64,000 nt of DNA, taken from NCBI RefSeq assembly GCF_030532715.1, contig NZ_JAUNKO010000004.1:268372-332371 (forward strand), written 5' to 3'. Below the pieces are notes generated by a model. It searched no databases and had not been told where the DNA came from. It saw only the letters and a program-made list of their open reading frames with translations. The translations under genes and the position numbers were made by a program. Within the stretch, counting starts at the first letter, position 1; every line of letters starts with the position of its first letter. The stretch is from Corynebacterium sp. Its GTDB lineage: Bacteria > Actinomycetota > Actinomycetes > Mycobacteriales > Mycobacteriaceae. This document shows positions 32,856-42,528 of the stretch, in pieces.

Positions 32856-33709
32856 CCTGTGGCCGACCAACACGCCGGGCACCCCGGGTGTGCCGCCACA
32901 TGCCAATGGCGGATGCCTTCCGCATACACGTCGATCTCTTGCACATCTCCAGGTGCCAGCGCCACCGCCTGGGTTCCCGGTGGTTCTGGGCCGTACCTTA
33001 AATAGGCCACGACGCAGGCAACCACCCGCGCCACCGTGGCCGCCACCACCGGCGGGTCCGGGGCAGGGGCAGGCTCCCATGGATCTAGTGCACCCCACGT
33101 GGGGTCAAGTGCTGCCCGCCACAACTCGAGGCACATTGGGCACGCGCCGACACCGTCGATGTGGAGGGGGCCGAGGTGGCCGCGGCCGTCGATAAGCTGC
33201 ACCGGAAACCAGGTGGAAGCGTGGCCAGCTAAGGCGTGTGCAGCGGCAGCGGACGGGTGCACCGCCACCACAGGCAGAGCGTGATCGGCGGTGGCGCGTG
33301 CCACAAACGCGGCGTCGGACTCGCCCGGCACCGGCAACCGTACCGTCACCCCGCATTGGCGCAGCATGCCAGCAATGCGTTCCGCAAGCACGCCGGTACC
33401 GCACACCGCCGCCATCGGCTCCGCCGGTACGGGGTGCAGGACGCGGTAATTTAGAAGGTCTTCAATCAAGCTGCGGGCGGCGGCGTCACTTAAACCCGCC
33501 GCCACGAGGCCCGCGGACACCGTGCGCACCGGCACTGCATGCCGGGCAGTTAACAACGCCAACGCCACCGGTTGCACAGCGGTTGCGGCGACTGCGTCAA
33601 ACACCCCCGCCCGCGCCGAATCCACACCAAATTGTATGGTGGGGCCGGGGCGGATGCATACCTGAACCGCCGCGGATAATTGAACGTTGCCTCCGCCCTC
33701 CCCGTGCAT
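32852..33709 (-). CDS. hypothetical protein with a Rossmann-like GxGxxA segment and paired CxxC motifs (ThiF/E1-like features, weak)
   Basis: VCGTGVLAERIAGML resembles a dinucleotide loop, and CPMC…CPAC lies near the C-terminus. Identity is uncertain, and a high-GC artifact cannot be excluded. Confidence 0.35.
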   Translation of the reverse strand: MHGEGGGNVQLSAAVQVCIRPGPTIQFGVDSARAGVFDAVAATAVQPVALALLTARHAVPVRTVSAGLVAAGLSDAAARSLIEDLLNYRVLHPVPAEPMAAVCGTGVLAERIAGMLRQCGVTVRLPVPGESDAAFVARATADHALPVVAVHPSAAAAHALAGHASTWFPVQLIDGRGHLGPLHIDGVGACPMCLELWRAALDPTWGALDPWEPAPAPDPPVVAATVARVVACVVAYLRYGPEPPGTQAVALAPGDVQEIDVYAEGIRHWHVAAHPGCPACWSATG

Positions 33710-33735
33710 GCCACGAGTGTATAGGATCGGTGACC

Positions 33736-34236
33736 ATGGCTACCCCCGAGGTTGAAATCATCCGCTCCGCGCGGCGTCGACGCAGCGTACAAGCACAGTT
33801 TGTGGATGGCCGCATCCAAGTCCGCGTACCCGCCGCCATGAGCGCCGCCGAGGAGGAAGCTGTAGTCGCCCGAGTGGTAGCGAAACTGCAACGCAACACC
33901 CCGCGTAGCGACGCCGATCTGATCGCCCTCGCGCACAACCTCAACGCCGCACACCTCCAAGGCCAAGCTCAATTCCGCAGCATCCGGTGGGTGCGTAACC
34001 AACACAAGCGTTGGGGATCCTGCAGCCCCGCCACCGGCGATATTCGCATTTCACATCGCCTGCAGGAGGTACCAGAGTACGTACTCGCGGCGGTGGTTGT
34101 CCACGAACTCGTGCACACCTTTATTAGCGGCCACACTGCGGAATTTTGGTCCTGGGCGGATCGGGTGCCGCACGCCGAACGCGCCAAAGGATACTTGGAG
34201 GCCTACCAGCGGTATGGCAGATCCGGCGAGACTTAA
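33736..34236 (+). CDS. DUF45/YgjP-like (M48/WLM-type) zinc metallopeptidase
   Basis: 166 aa with a C-terminal HELVHTFISGH (HExxH…H) motif. The track ORF 33238.. is an over-extension; the ATG is at 33736. Confidence 0.7.
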   Translation: MATPEVEIIRSARRRRSVQAQFVDGRIQVRVPAAMSAAEEEAVVARVVAKLQRNTPRSDADLIALAHNLNAAHLQGQAQFRSIRWVRNQHKRWGSCSPATGDIRISHRLQEVPEYVLAAVVVHELVHTFISGHTAEFWSWADRVPHAERAKGYLEAYQRYGRSGET

Positions 34237-34346
34237 GGAGTGCGCTAGATTGCCATGAACCCACATTCACTCGGGGTGCCGGTTGGGTTTGTGCGGCGAC
34301 AGGCAGCAACAATTTGGGCGCATTTGAGCCGGTTTGGGCTCCTCAG

Positions 34347-34374
34347 TTGGCAGCACATCCGATAGCGTTACATT
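34347..34374 (+). promoter_or_regulatory. sigma-A-like promoter for the small Cys-rich peptide gene
   Basis: TTGGCA-N16-TACATT, about 37 nt upstream of the ATG at 34412. Confidence 0.4.
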
Positions 34375-34411
34375 CCGGAAACGTGCTCAACCGCTCTGAC
34401 AGGAGGACACC

Positions 34412-34552
34412 ATGGCTGACTACGACTTCGACTTCGCTGAGGGCACCAAACCCGCTTGTCCAGGTGATTATTGGACCACCATTTCGCCGTTCTGCGCACC
34501 AAGCATGCACCAACCGACGAAACCTGTGTTTACGATCTACCCCGGATGCTAG
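34412..34552 (+). CDS. small 46-aa Cys/aromatic-rich peptide (unknown function)
   Basis: A perfect SD (AGGAGG, 5-nt spacer) precedes the ATG. The product is MADYDFDFAEGTKPACPGDYWTTISPFCAPSMHQPTKPVFTIYPGC, with an inverted repeat plus T-run downstream. It is absent from the track because it is under 60 aa. Confidence 0.5.
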   Translation: MADYDFDFAEGTKPACPGDYWTTISPFCAPSMHQPTKPVFTIYPGC

Positions 34553-34985
34553 TGCCTCATGCACAGGTTCTACTGATGCTCGCGCTGGGGCCATGTTGGC
34601 GGGAACCTACCTAGGGGTTCAACATCGCGTCCGCATGGCCCCCTTTTTGCGGGAGCCTTCGGCTTGGTTCGATAGGGGGTAGCGCCGGTGAGCGTAGCGT
34701 GCGGTGAATGTGGGGCGATGGGGTCCGCGCCGGGGTGGAATTCCGCAAAATGTTAAGGTGAGCTGCGCCTTTGCCGAAAGCGTTCATGGGAATAAGAAAA
34801 TAAAAAGAATATACTCATCGCGGATAACTATCACGCGGGAGATCCGGGCGGGAGGGCCGCACGACGGGGCTGGCGGTGGGGCCGTCTCCACGAGGCAAAT
34901 TGCACTATAGTCGCAGCTAAAACGGCCGCAGCACAAGCGGTACTCCACCACGCGCACCACCTCGCCGGAAGAAAGGTCCCCTACC

Positions 34986-35414
34986 GTGAAAGTTCTCGGA
35001 ATAGTCAATTACATTTCCGCTGCATGCGTGCTCGTCCTAGTGGCACTCACCTGGGTCCTAGCAATCCCCGAAGGGGAATTTCAGGGGCCGATCGACCTCG
35101 CCACGCTTTCCATGGTGGCGGTCAACTGCGCCGCCTTGTGCGCCATCATCGTGTGTATCCAGTGGCGGCACCCGAAACCCCTACTCAAACTCATGCGAAG
35201 CATGTCCGTTATTGTGCTGCTGTTTGCTCTGGCGTTTGTTGTGATGTTGGTGGTGCATTTCGTCTCTTCCGGCACTGGCGGAGCGAACATTGGGCTCGGC
35301 TTGATTGGGCTGTGTATTCACCTCTTTGGCTTTATTAACGCACTGGCCATTTTGCTGTCTTCAGTCTTGGGGAAATTGCCTGCCGCGCGTCGTCGCAACC
35401 GGCAACTCGCCTAA
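34986..35414 (+). CDS. integral membrane protein (4 TM, hypothetical)
   Basis: GTG start with GAAAGG upstream. The hydrophobic helices are Cys-rich (AACVLVLVALTWVLAI; CAALCAIIVCIQW). Confidence 0.5.
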   Translation: MKVLGIVNYISAACVLVLVALTWVLAIPEGEFQGPIDLATLSMVAVNCAALCAIIVCIQWRHPKPLLKLMRSMSVIVLLFALAFVVMLVVHFVSSGTGGANIGLGLIGLCIHLFGFINALAILLSSVLGKLPAARRRNRQLA

Positions 35415-35482
35415 CCCCATCAAGCGCAACGGCCCGCGCCCCAGTGAAGGGTGCGGGCCGCGCAAACCGTCGCTTAGACGGG

Positions 35483-36991
35483 TTAGGTTTTCGGGGTGTC
35501 GCCGTCAGGGGTGTCGTCGGAGCCGGAATCGTCGTCAGTGCCGTTGGAGTCCTCGGAATTGTCGGAACCCTCGGTGGTGTCGGTGGCGCTGGCGTCGTCC
35601 GTGGTGTCGGCGCTGTCGGACTTCTTGGTAGCTTCCTCCGCGAGCATCTTTTCCAAGGCGTCGATCTCGGCGATGGGGTCGAAATTGTCGGCCTCGGCAA
35701 GCAGGCTATCAATGAACTCGGCGGAGTTATCCAGGTCTGTTGCCACGGGCAGGAAGTCGGGGTGATCCCAGATTTTGTCGCGGCGTTCCGCACCGACAGC
35801 CACCGTGACGCGGCGCCACAACTCGAGCGCTTCGCTCACCTTCGGAGTGGCGAACTGGATGCCAACCACCTTTGCAAACGCGTGTTCGGCGGAACCGCCG
35901 GTGGCGCGGCGGTGTCGCCAAGCTTGGTTCATCGCCACCGTGGACGGGATGCGCTTGCTCAGCGCCTCGGTGACCACATATTCGACCCAGCCTTCGATCA
36001 GGGCGAGAAGCGTCTCCAAACGAGACGTTGCGCCCACATTGCGGGAGGAAATCCGGGGCGAGAAGTCCACGTTTTGCAGCTGCGCCATCATCTCTTGGAT
36101 CTGGTTTAAATCACCATCAAGGTTAATGTCGCGCAGCGTTTCCTCCACGTGGGAGGAATCCATCTCCAGCCCTGCGGCGTACTCCTCCACGGAAGCGATT
36201 AAACGTTCGACTAGCCAGGGGACGTGTTTGAATAGTCGTTGGCGTGCCGCCTCGAGGGCGCACAAGTACACCATCGCATCCTGCGGCGGCACCGGCAGGT
36301 TTTTGGTCATCTTTGCCATGTGCGCGGGCAGGATGGCGATCGTCCCAGGGGGCGCCACCGGTACGCCGAAGTCCGAACCGGACAGCGCCTGCGTTGCAAG
36401 TTCGCCCAAGTCGCGGCCGAGCTCCACGCCGACCTGCATGCTGGACATTTGTTGCATCATGCTGGCCGCCGCGTTCAGCATGTCGCGGGCCTCTTCGGGA
36501 ACGTTGTCTAATTGGGATTCGTTCATCCGCTCCGCTACCGGGGTGACCATGCGTTTCCACGTGGGGAGGGTTTTGTGGAGCCAATCCAGCGCGTTCCAGG
36601 CTTCTACGCGGCTGCCGGAGGTGGGCAAAATGGTGGCGTCGTCGAGCCACAGTTCCACTAATTGGACAGCTTCCTCCATGGCGGCGCGGTCGGACTCTTT
36701 AATGTCCGGAACACTACCAATACTTCGTTCGGCCGTGCGTTCGGCAATGCTGTAGTTGACGGGGCTGCCGGGCTCCTGGTTGGCAAAGCTGGAACCGAAG
36801 CCGGAAAGCATCTGGCCCACCTGGTTTAAAATATCGCCAAATCCGCCGTCGCCGGGCCCAGAACCAGCGGTGGAGAAACCGTTGCTGCCGAACCCGAAGA
36901 TGCTAAACGGATTCTGGTTCTTGCGGCGCTCCTCATCGTCGTCATCGTTGTTGGGGTTAAAACCGAAGCCGTTGCTATTCATGGTTTCCAA
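35483..36991 (-). CDS. conserved actinobacterial protein, Rv3195-like (putative hydrolase family; G/F-rich N-terminus, highly acidic C-terminal tail)
   Basis: A 502-aa ORF. No HExxH was found, so protease activity is not supported by the sequence. It is divergent from the PDZ/Lon-like gene, as in Mtb. Confidence 0.5.
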   Translation of the reverse strand: METMNSNGFGFNPNNDDDDEERRKNQNPFSIFGFGSNGFSTAGSGPGDGGFGDILNQVGQMLSGFGSSFANQEPGSPVNYSIAERTAERSIGSVPDIKESDRAAMEEAVQLVELWLDDATILPTSGSRVEAWNALDWLHKTLPTWKRMVTPVAERMNESQLDNVPEEARDMLNAAASMMQQMSSMQVGVELGRDLGELATQALSGSDFGVPVAPPGTIAILPAHMAKMTKNLPVPPQDAMVYLCALEAARQRLFKHVPWLVERLIASVEEYAAGLEMDSSHVEETLRDINLDGDLNQIQEMMAQLQNVDFSPRISSRNVGATSRLETLLALIEGWVEYVVTEALSKRIPSTVAMNQAWRHRRATGGSAEHAFAKVVGIQFATPKVSEALELWRRVTVAVGAERRDKIWDHPDFLPVATDLDNSAEFIDSLLAEADNFDPIAEIDALEKMLAEEATKKSDSADTTDDASATDTTEGSDNSEDSNGTDDDSGSDDTPDGDTPKT

Positions 36992-37063
36992 CGTACCGTG
37001 GTTGAGCTACAGAAACTATGCATCTGCGGGACGCTGTGAGCGAACACGGTAGGGTAGTGCCCT

Positions 37064-38137
37064 GTGAAACTCCTTCGTACTTTCCTGTGGGGCGCGTTGC
37101 CGATCGCCGCGTTCGCCACGCTTGTAGTGGCGGACCACGTACCCGGAACGGACATTCCGTTGACGGTGCCGTACGCCGCCGAGGGCCCCGGCCCCAGCTT
37201 TAATACGCTTGGCGACGTCGACGGGGTTGAGGTCGTCGATATCGAAGGCGCCGACGTCGACGACGTGCACGGCAATCTGAACATGACCACCGTATCGGTG
37301 CGCCACGGGATGTCCTTGTCGCAGGCCCTCGTGCGTTGGTTGACCACTGACGATACGCTGATTCCGATCGAGCAGATTTTCCCGCCGGACTTGTCGGAAG
37401 AGCAGGTGCGCGACCAGAACTCGCAGGCGTTTTCCGCCTCGGGTTCCACTGCCACACTCGCCGCAATGCAATACCTACAGCGGCCGGTGGAAGTGACGGT
37501 TGCGGAGGTGCAGGAGGATTCCGCGGCGTCGAAAAGCATATCGAGCGGGGATGTTATTACGAGCATCGACGGTATTCCCGCCGACAAACCCGCGCTCGTT
37601 CGAGCATTCGTGCAAAACCACAAACCGGGCGACACGGTTCAGGTGGGCTTGCGTAAAGACTCCGCAGCTCAAGAGGGGGAGCAGGGCGAGGAAACCACCG
37701 TGGAGGTCAAGCTTGGCAAACACCCGGACGATGAATCTGTGCCGCTGCTTGGCGTGACCATGATGACGCAGCCGGCGGGCGGTGTGCGCGTGCACTACAA
37801 CCTGGAGGAGGTTGGCGGTCCGAGCGCGGGGTTGATGTTTACTCTGGCGGTGATCGATAAGCTCAGCCCCGGCGATTTGGGCGGCGGCAAGTTCGTTGCG
37901 GGGACCGGAACCATTTCCGAAGACGGCAAAGTCGGACCCATTGGAGGTATCGAACACAAGGTGCGGTCCGCGCGCGACCTCGGCGCGGAAGTGTTCCTCG
38001 CGCCGGAGGCGAATTGTGCGGAGGCAGTGCGGCGCGGCACCGGCGACATGGTTGTGCTGAAAATCACAGACCTGGATCAGGCGATCCAGCAATTGAAAAA
38101 CTATTCGGACGGCTCCGAGGTGGAAACCTGCTCCTGA
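37064..38137 (+). CDS. secreted PDZ-domain / Lon-like S16 serine protease (Rv3194c-like)
   Basis: It has a signal peptide, a PDZ region and a Lon C-terminal catalytic motif (GGPSAGLMFTLAVIDKL). Confidence 0.75.
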   Translation: MKLLRTFLWGALPIAAFATLVVADHVPGTDIPLTVPYAAEGPGPSFNTLGDVDGVEVVDIEGADVDDVHGNLNMTTVSVRHGMSLSQALVRWLTTDDTLIPIEQIFPPDLSEEQVRDQNSQAFSASGSTATLAAMQYLQRPVEVTVAEVQEDSAASKSISSGDVITSIDGIPADKPALVRAFVQNHKPGDTVQVGLRKDSAAQEGEQGEETTVEVKLGKHPDDESVPLLGVTMMTQPAGGVRVHYNLEEVGGPSAGLMFTLAVIDKLSPGDLGGGKFVAGTGTISEDGKVGPIGGIEHKVRSARDLGAEVFLAPEANCAEAVRRGTGDMVVLKITDLDQAIQQLKNYSDGSEVETCS

Positions 38138-38739
38138 TCCGTGGTCGATGTCGTCTCCGTCGGCTCTTCTTTGACTAGGCCGAGCTTGATGATGCGGTCC
38201 TTCGGTTCTTCCTTGTCCGCGCTCATCATTTGCTGCATGACCAGGCCCTTCTTCGAATCCACGACGGTAATCACTGCGGTGGAACCGAGCGAGGACCAGC
38301 CGACAAGCTTGTCGCCGTCGCGTTCGACGATGCGGGAGCTATCCAACCCGGTGAGTAGCTGCGTGGTAGTCAGGGCCTTGTTTTCAGATTCGAAAAACTG
38401 GAACTGTCCAACCTCCGGGCCGGAGCATTGCAGCGACTTATCCACGCCGCCGGGCATGCACGTGGCCAGCTGATCGAACAGCGACTTCGGCGCGAGCGAA
38501 CCGAAACGTTCGTACGCATCTTTCACGGTGTCGTCGCTGGTTACCTTGCCCGTGGAAGTCGCAGACGCAGCGGTGGATTCGGTGGTAGGGGCTGATTCCT
38601 CCGTGGTGCTGGTGGCCGCGGACGTGGTGGAGCTTGTTGGCTCAGGTTCTCCGCTGGGCGTGCAACCCGCAAGCGCGCACACCACAGCGCCCGCAGCAAC
38701 TGCGGAAACCCATAAGCGATTCTGCAACACGTTGTTCAC
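38101..38739 (-). CDS. lipoprotein (hypothetical)
   Basis: The lipobox is AVVCALAGC, followed by a Ser/Thr-rich linker. Confidence 0.55.
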   Translation of the reverse strand: MNNVLQNRLWVSAVAAGAVVCALAGCTPSGEPEPTSSTTSAATSTTEESAPTTESTAASATSTGKVTSDDTVKDAYERFGSLAPKSLFDQLATCMPGGVDKSLQCSGPEVGQFQFFESENKALTTTQLLTGLDSSRIVERDGDKLVGWSSLGSTAVITVVDSKKGLVMQQMMSADKEEPKDRIIKLGLVKEEPTETTSTTDQEQVSTSEPSE

Positions 38740-38770
38740 TCCTGGCTAGCCAAACTCTTGTACCTTAAAT

Positions 38771-39277
38771 CTACAGTTCGCCCTCTTCAAGTGTGTACCG
38801 TAGGGCAGCAATTACCCCAGGGGCCACACCTGTGCCACCGCGTAACTCGACGCGGTCCGCGGCGAATGGTTCAGCTAATTCCGCCTCCGAGGGCCGGATT
38901 TGCAACAGTGTTTGATCCGGGCCGCCACGTAACACCCCGGAGAACAAACGTGCGGGTCGGGGATCGTCCGGGGAGTCTGGGGCCGCAAACATAATCTCCT
39001 GCGCCAAAATCACGCCCGCAACCTCCGGCGGCCACGCCAATTGGGAAACAAATTCGCCCAGCTCATCGCTACCGCCCGAAATATGCTCCGGCAACCCCTC
39101 CTGCACAACCAGGGTGAGCGGGGCGTCGTCGTCGGTGGGTAGTGCGTCGACAAGTAATTCGGTGTTGACGAGTGCGAACAAGGTAGGTGCGGCATCCCAA
39201 CCTTCCGCGTGAATAAACTCCACAGCTTCCAGCATTGCTTTATTGAGTGCTTGAATAGTCATGTCTGAAGGATTCAT
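38771..39277 (-). CDS. conserved hypothetical protein (PPA1309-like)
   Basis: The start is assigned to M20 (MNPSDMTIQALNK) of the track ORF. Confidence 0.4.
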   Translation of the reverse strand: MNPSDMTIQALNKAMLEAVEFIHAEGWDAAPTLFALVNTELLVDALPTDDDAPLTLVVQEGLPEHISGGSDELGEFVSQLAWPPEVAGVILAQEIMFAAPDSPDDPRPARLFSGVLRGGPDQTLLQIRPSEAELAEPFAADRVELRGGTGVAPGVIAALRYTLEEGEL

Positions 39278-39345
39278 CAAATTCCTTGCCTCACAGTTGA
39301 TGCGTAAAGTAGTGAGGATACCTGCCACCATCACCCAATAAGGAG

Positions 39346-42315
39346 TTGGAGTTGGCTACCGGCCTTACACCACCCGTAAAACGACCACCGCGCGTGATCA
39401 GCATTCTCATCGCAACAGTGTTCCTGTTGGTCTTTATCGTCCCATGGCTCGTGGGCTACTACACCGACTGGTTGTGGTTCGGCGAGGTGCAATTCCGTGG
39501 GGTGTTTACAACAGTCCTGTTCACCCGCATTGCGCTCTTCGTCGTCTTCGGCGCGGTGGCGGCGGCAATTTCCTGGCTCGCCGGCTACCTAGTCATCCGC
39601 AACCGGCCCGAGCACGTGTTCGGTATCGACCCGGAAAACCCCATCGCAGTATTCCGCGCCGGCGCCGAAGCCAGCCTGCGCAGGGCGCTGCTGATCCTGC
39701 CGCTGACGATGGGCGTGCTCGCCGGGTTGGTTGGCCAAAGCAATTGGCGCACCGTGCAAATGTTCCTCCACGGCGGTGATTTCGGGCAGCACGACCCCCA
39801 ATTCAACATGGACTACGGGTTCTACGCCTTCACCCTGCCCTTCCTGCGGTTGATCACCAGTTCCCTGTCCGCGCTGCTCGTGGTGGCGTTCTTTATCGCG
39901 CTGATTGGGCACTACGCGTTCGGCAGCATCAGGGTAGGCAACCAAGCGCTCGGGCAGCGCGGACACGTGGCCAACGCCGCGCGCATCCAGCTGACCGTGA
40001 CCGCCGGGTTGTGGATGTTGGTAAAGGTCGCGTCCTATTGGTTGGACCGCTTTGACCTGCTCAACGTGCGAAACGACATTTTCACCGGCGCCGGGTTTAC
40101 CGCCATTCACGCGATCCTGCCAGCCAAAATCATCCTCATGGTGATCGCGCTGGTGGTCGCCGTGGCGTTTTTCTCCGCCGTGGTGCTCAAGGATTTGCGC
40201 ATCCCCGCGCTGGCCACCGGGCTGATGCTGCTGAGTGCGCTGGTGCTGGGTAACGGATGGCCGCTCATGGTGGAGGAGTTTTCGGTAAAGCCGAACCGCG
40301 CCTCCAAAGAAGCGGAATATATTTCCCGCAATATTCAGGCGACCCGGTTCGCGTACGGCATTACCAACGACAAAGTGAACTACGTGAAGAACTGGGGTGC
40401 GAATAAAGACGCGACGGAGGCCCGCGACCAAGTAGCAAACGACGCCGCAACGCTGTCAAACATTCGCCTGCTTGATCCAGAAATCCTGTCCGCCACGTTC
40501 ACGCAGCAACAACAGCTGAAAAACTTCTACGGCTTCCCCAAAACCCTCAACGTGGACCGATACACCGTGGACGGTGAATTGCGCGACTACGTCGTTGCCG
40601 CCCGCGAACTCGACCCGCAGTCTCTGAGCGAAAACCAGAAAAACTGGATTAACCGCCACACCGTGTACACGCACGGCAATGGCATCGTCGCGGCGCCCGC
40701 CAACAAAGTGGACGAGGTTGCGCGCGACGTCGGCTCCACCCGCGGTGGCTACCCCGTGTACACCGTGTCTGACCTGCAGGCGCAAAACGATAAGGAGCGC
40801 GCCGAGAAACTCGGCATTAAGGTGGACCAGCCGCGCGTGTACTACGGCCCAGTGATCTCCAATGTTGGCCCGCTGGAGGACTACGCCATTGTGGGCGCCG
40901 CCGGCGGTTCGCCCGTGGAGTACGACACGGACGGCTCGAACTTCACCTATGACGGCAGCGGCGGCGTGGACATTTCCAACATGTTTAACCGCGCGGCCTT
41001 CGCCCTGCGCTACCAAGAAATCAACATGGTGCTGTCCGACCGTATCGGCGCCGACTCCAAAATCCTCTACCAGCGGGACCCGCGTGCTCGCGTGGAAAAA
41101 GTCGCGCCATGGCTAGAGACCGACAACACCACCTACCCCGCCGTCATTGACGGCCGCATTAAGTGGATCGTCGACGGCTACACCACGCTCGACAGCCTGC
41201 CGTACGCTTCCCGCACCAACCTCAACCAGGCGATTACCGACGCCCAGACAGTCAACGGGCAATTGCAAACCCCCGTGGTCAACGAAGAAGTGGGCTATAT
41301 CCGCAACTCCGTCAAAGCCGTGGTAGATGCCTACGACGGCACCGTGGAACTCTACGAATTCGACACCGAAGACCCCGTACTCAAAGCCTGGCGCGGTGTA
41401 TTCCCCGATACCGTGAAACCCAAGAGCGACATCTCCAGTGACCTCATGGAACACCTGCGGTACCCCGAGGACATGTTCAAAGTGCAGCGCGAAATGATCT
41501 CCCGCTACCACGTCGACGACGCCGGCGTGTTCTTCACCAACGACGCTTTCTGGTCCGTCCCCGGCGACCCTAACTCCAAGGAAAAAACCGACGACGAACG
41601 GACACCGAACCAGCCGCCCTACTACGTGGTCGCAGCAGACCCCGAAACCGGCAAGCCCAGCTTCCAGCTGATCACCCCGTTCCGCGGGCTGAAACGCGAA
41701 TTCCTTGCCGCCCACATGTCCGCAAGCTCCGACCCAGAAACCTACGGCCGGTTAACCGTCCGGGTACTGCCCACCGAAACCCAAACCCAAGGCCCCAAGC
41801 AGGCGCAGGACACCATGATGTCCTCCGACCAAATCGCCCGCGACCGCAGCCTCTGGCAGGACACCAACGACATCAAAAACGGCAACCTACTCACCCTGCC
41901 CGTTGGCGACGGTCAAATCCTCTACGTAGAACCCATCTACTCACAGCGAAAAGGCCAAACCTCCGCGTTCCCCAAGCTGCTGCGCGTCCTCGTCTCCTAC
42001 GACGGCAAAGTCGGCTACGCACCCACCATCGCCGAAGCCTTAAGCCAAGTAGGCATTGACCCCAAGGAAGCCTCCGACCTCGCCGAATCCGAAGTCGAAG
42101 CCGGGGAAACCAAAGACCCCGAAAGCGGCGAAAACACCAGCAAGGACCAAAAAGACGCCAAGAAAGACACCACCAAGGACCAAGCGGCCCGCGTGGAAGC
42201 AATCAACAAAGCCCTGCAAAAGGTTGAACAAGCCCGCAACGGCAGCTTCGAAGAATTCGGCAAAGCACTGGACGAACTTGATAAAGCCGTCAAAGACTAT
42301 CAAGACAACCAGTAA
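39346..42315 (+). CDS. UPF0182 family large membrane protein (Rv3193c-like)
   Basis: 989 aa with multiple N-terminal TM helices and a long extracytoplasmic domain. It is conserved downstream of the PDZ/Lon-like gene. Confidence 0.8.
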   Translation: MELATGLTPPVKRPPRVISILIATVFLLVFIVPWLVGYYTDWLWFGEVQFRGVFTTVLFTRIALFVVFGAVAAAISWLAGYLVIRNRPEHVFGIDPENPIAVFRAGAEASLRRALLILPLTMGVLAGLVGQSNWRTVQMFLHGGDFGQHDPQFNMDYGFYAFTLPFLRLITSSLSALLVVAFFIALIGHYAFGSIRVGNQALGQRGHVANAARIQLTVTAGLWMLVKVASYWLDRFDLLNVRNDIFTGAGFTAIHAILPAKIILMVIALVVAVAFFSAVVLKDLRIPALATGLMLLSALVLGNGWPLMVEEFSVKPNRASKEAEYISRNIQATRFAYGITNDKVNYVKNWGANKDATEARDQVANDAATLSNIRLLDPEILSATFTQQQQLKNFYGFPKTLNVDRYTVDGELRDYVVAARELDPQSLSENQKNWINRHTVYTHGNGIVAAPANKVDEVARDVGSTRGGYPVYTVSDLQAQNDKERAEKLGIKVDQPRVYYGPVISNVGPLEDYAIVGAAGGSPVEYDTDGSNFTYDGSGGVDISNMFNRAAFALRYQEINMVLSDRIGADSKILYQRDPRARVEKVAPWLETDNTTYPAVIDGRIKWIVDGYTTLDSLPYASRTNLNQAITDAQTVNGQLQTPVVNEEVGYIRNSVKAVVDAYDGTVELYEFDTEDPVLKAWRGVFPDTVKPKSDISSDLMEHLRYPEDMFKVQREMISRYHVDDAGVFFTNDAFWSVPGDPNSKEKTDDERTPNQPPYYVVAADPETGKPSFQLITPFRGLKREFLAAHMSASSDPETYGRLTVRVLPTETQTQGPKQAQDTMMSSDQIARDRSLWQDTNDIKNGNLLTLPVGDGQILYVEPIYSQRKGQTSAFPKLLRVLVSYDGKVGYAPTIAEALSQVGIDPKEASDLAESEVEAGETKDPESGENTSKDQKDAKKDTTKDQAARVEAINKALQKVEQARNGSFEEFGKALDELDKAVKDYQDNQ

Positions 42316-42337
42316 AACCACTGCTTAAGCCCCATAT

Positions 42338-42366
42338 TTGCGTCAATTCATGCGGGTGTGTAAAGT
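42338..42366 (+). promoter_or_regulatory. promoter for tRNA-fMet
   Basis: TTGCGT-N17-TAAAGT lies 45 nt upstream of the mature tRNA 5' end. Confidence 0.4.
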
Positions 42367-42411
42367 AACTCATCGTTGCCAAGAAACACGGCAACGGTGA
42401 ATATCACCCAA

Positions 42412-42488
42412 CGCGGGGTGGAGCAGCTCGGTAGCTCGCTGGGCTCATAACCCAGAGGTCGTAGGTTCGAATCCTGCCCCCGCTACCA
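42412..42488 (+). tRNA. initiator tRNA-Met (CAU)
   Basis: A 77-nt cloverleaf with anticodon loop CTCATAA, a GGG:CCC run in the anticodon stem, a C1 x U72 mismatch and an encoded CCA. It is near-identical to the E. coli tRNA-fMet as I remember it. Confidence 0.9.
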
Positions 42489-42500
42489 CGTTTGACGTAG

Positions 42501-42528
42501 CCCCCCTGAACTTCGGTTCGGGGGGTTT
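42501..42528 (+). terminator. intrinsic terminator after the tRNA
   Basis: CCCCCCTGAAC-TTCG-GTTCGGGGGG is a perfect 11-bp stem followed by TTT. Confidence 0.8.

Noticed and set aside
35775-36755. 326-aa plus ORF antisense to the Rv3195-like gene
   Set aside because: It is Ser/Ala/Arg-rich low-complexity sequence. The minus-strand product has conserved synteny and plausible domain composition.
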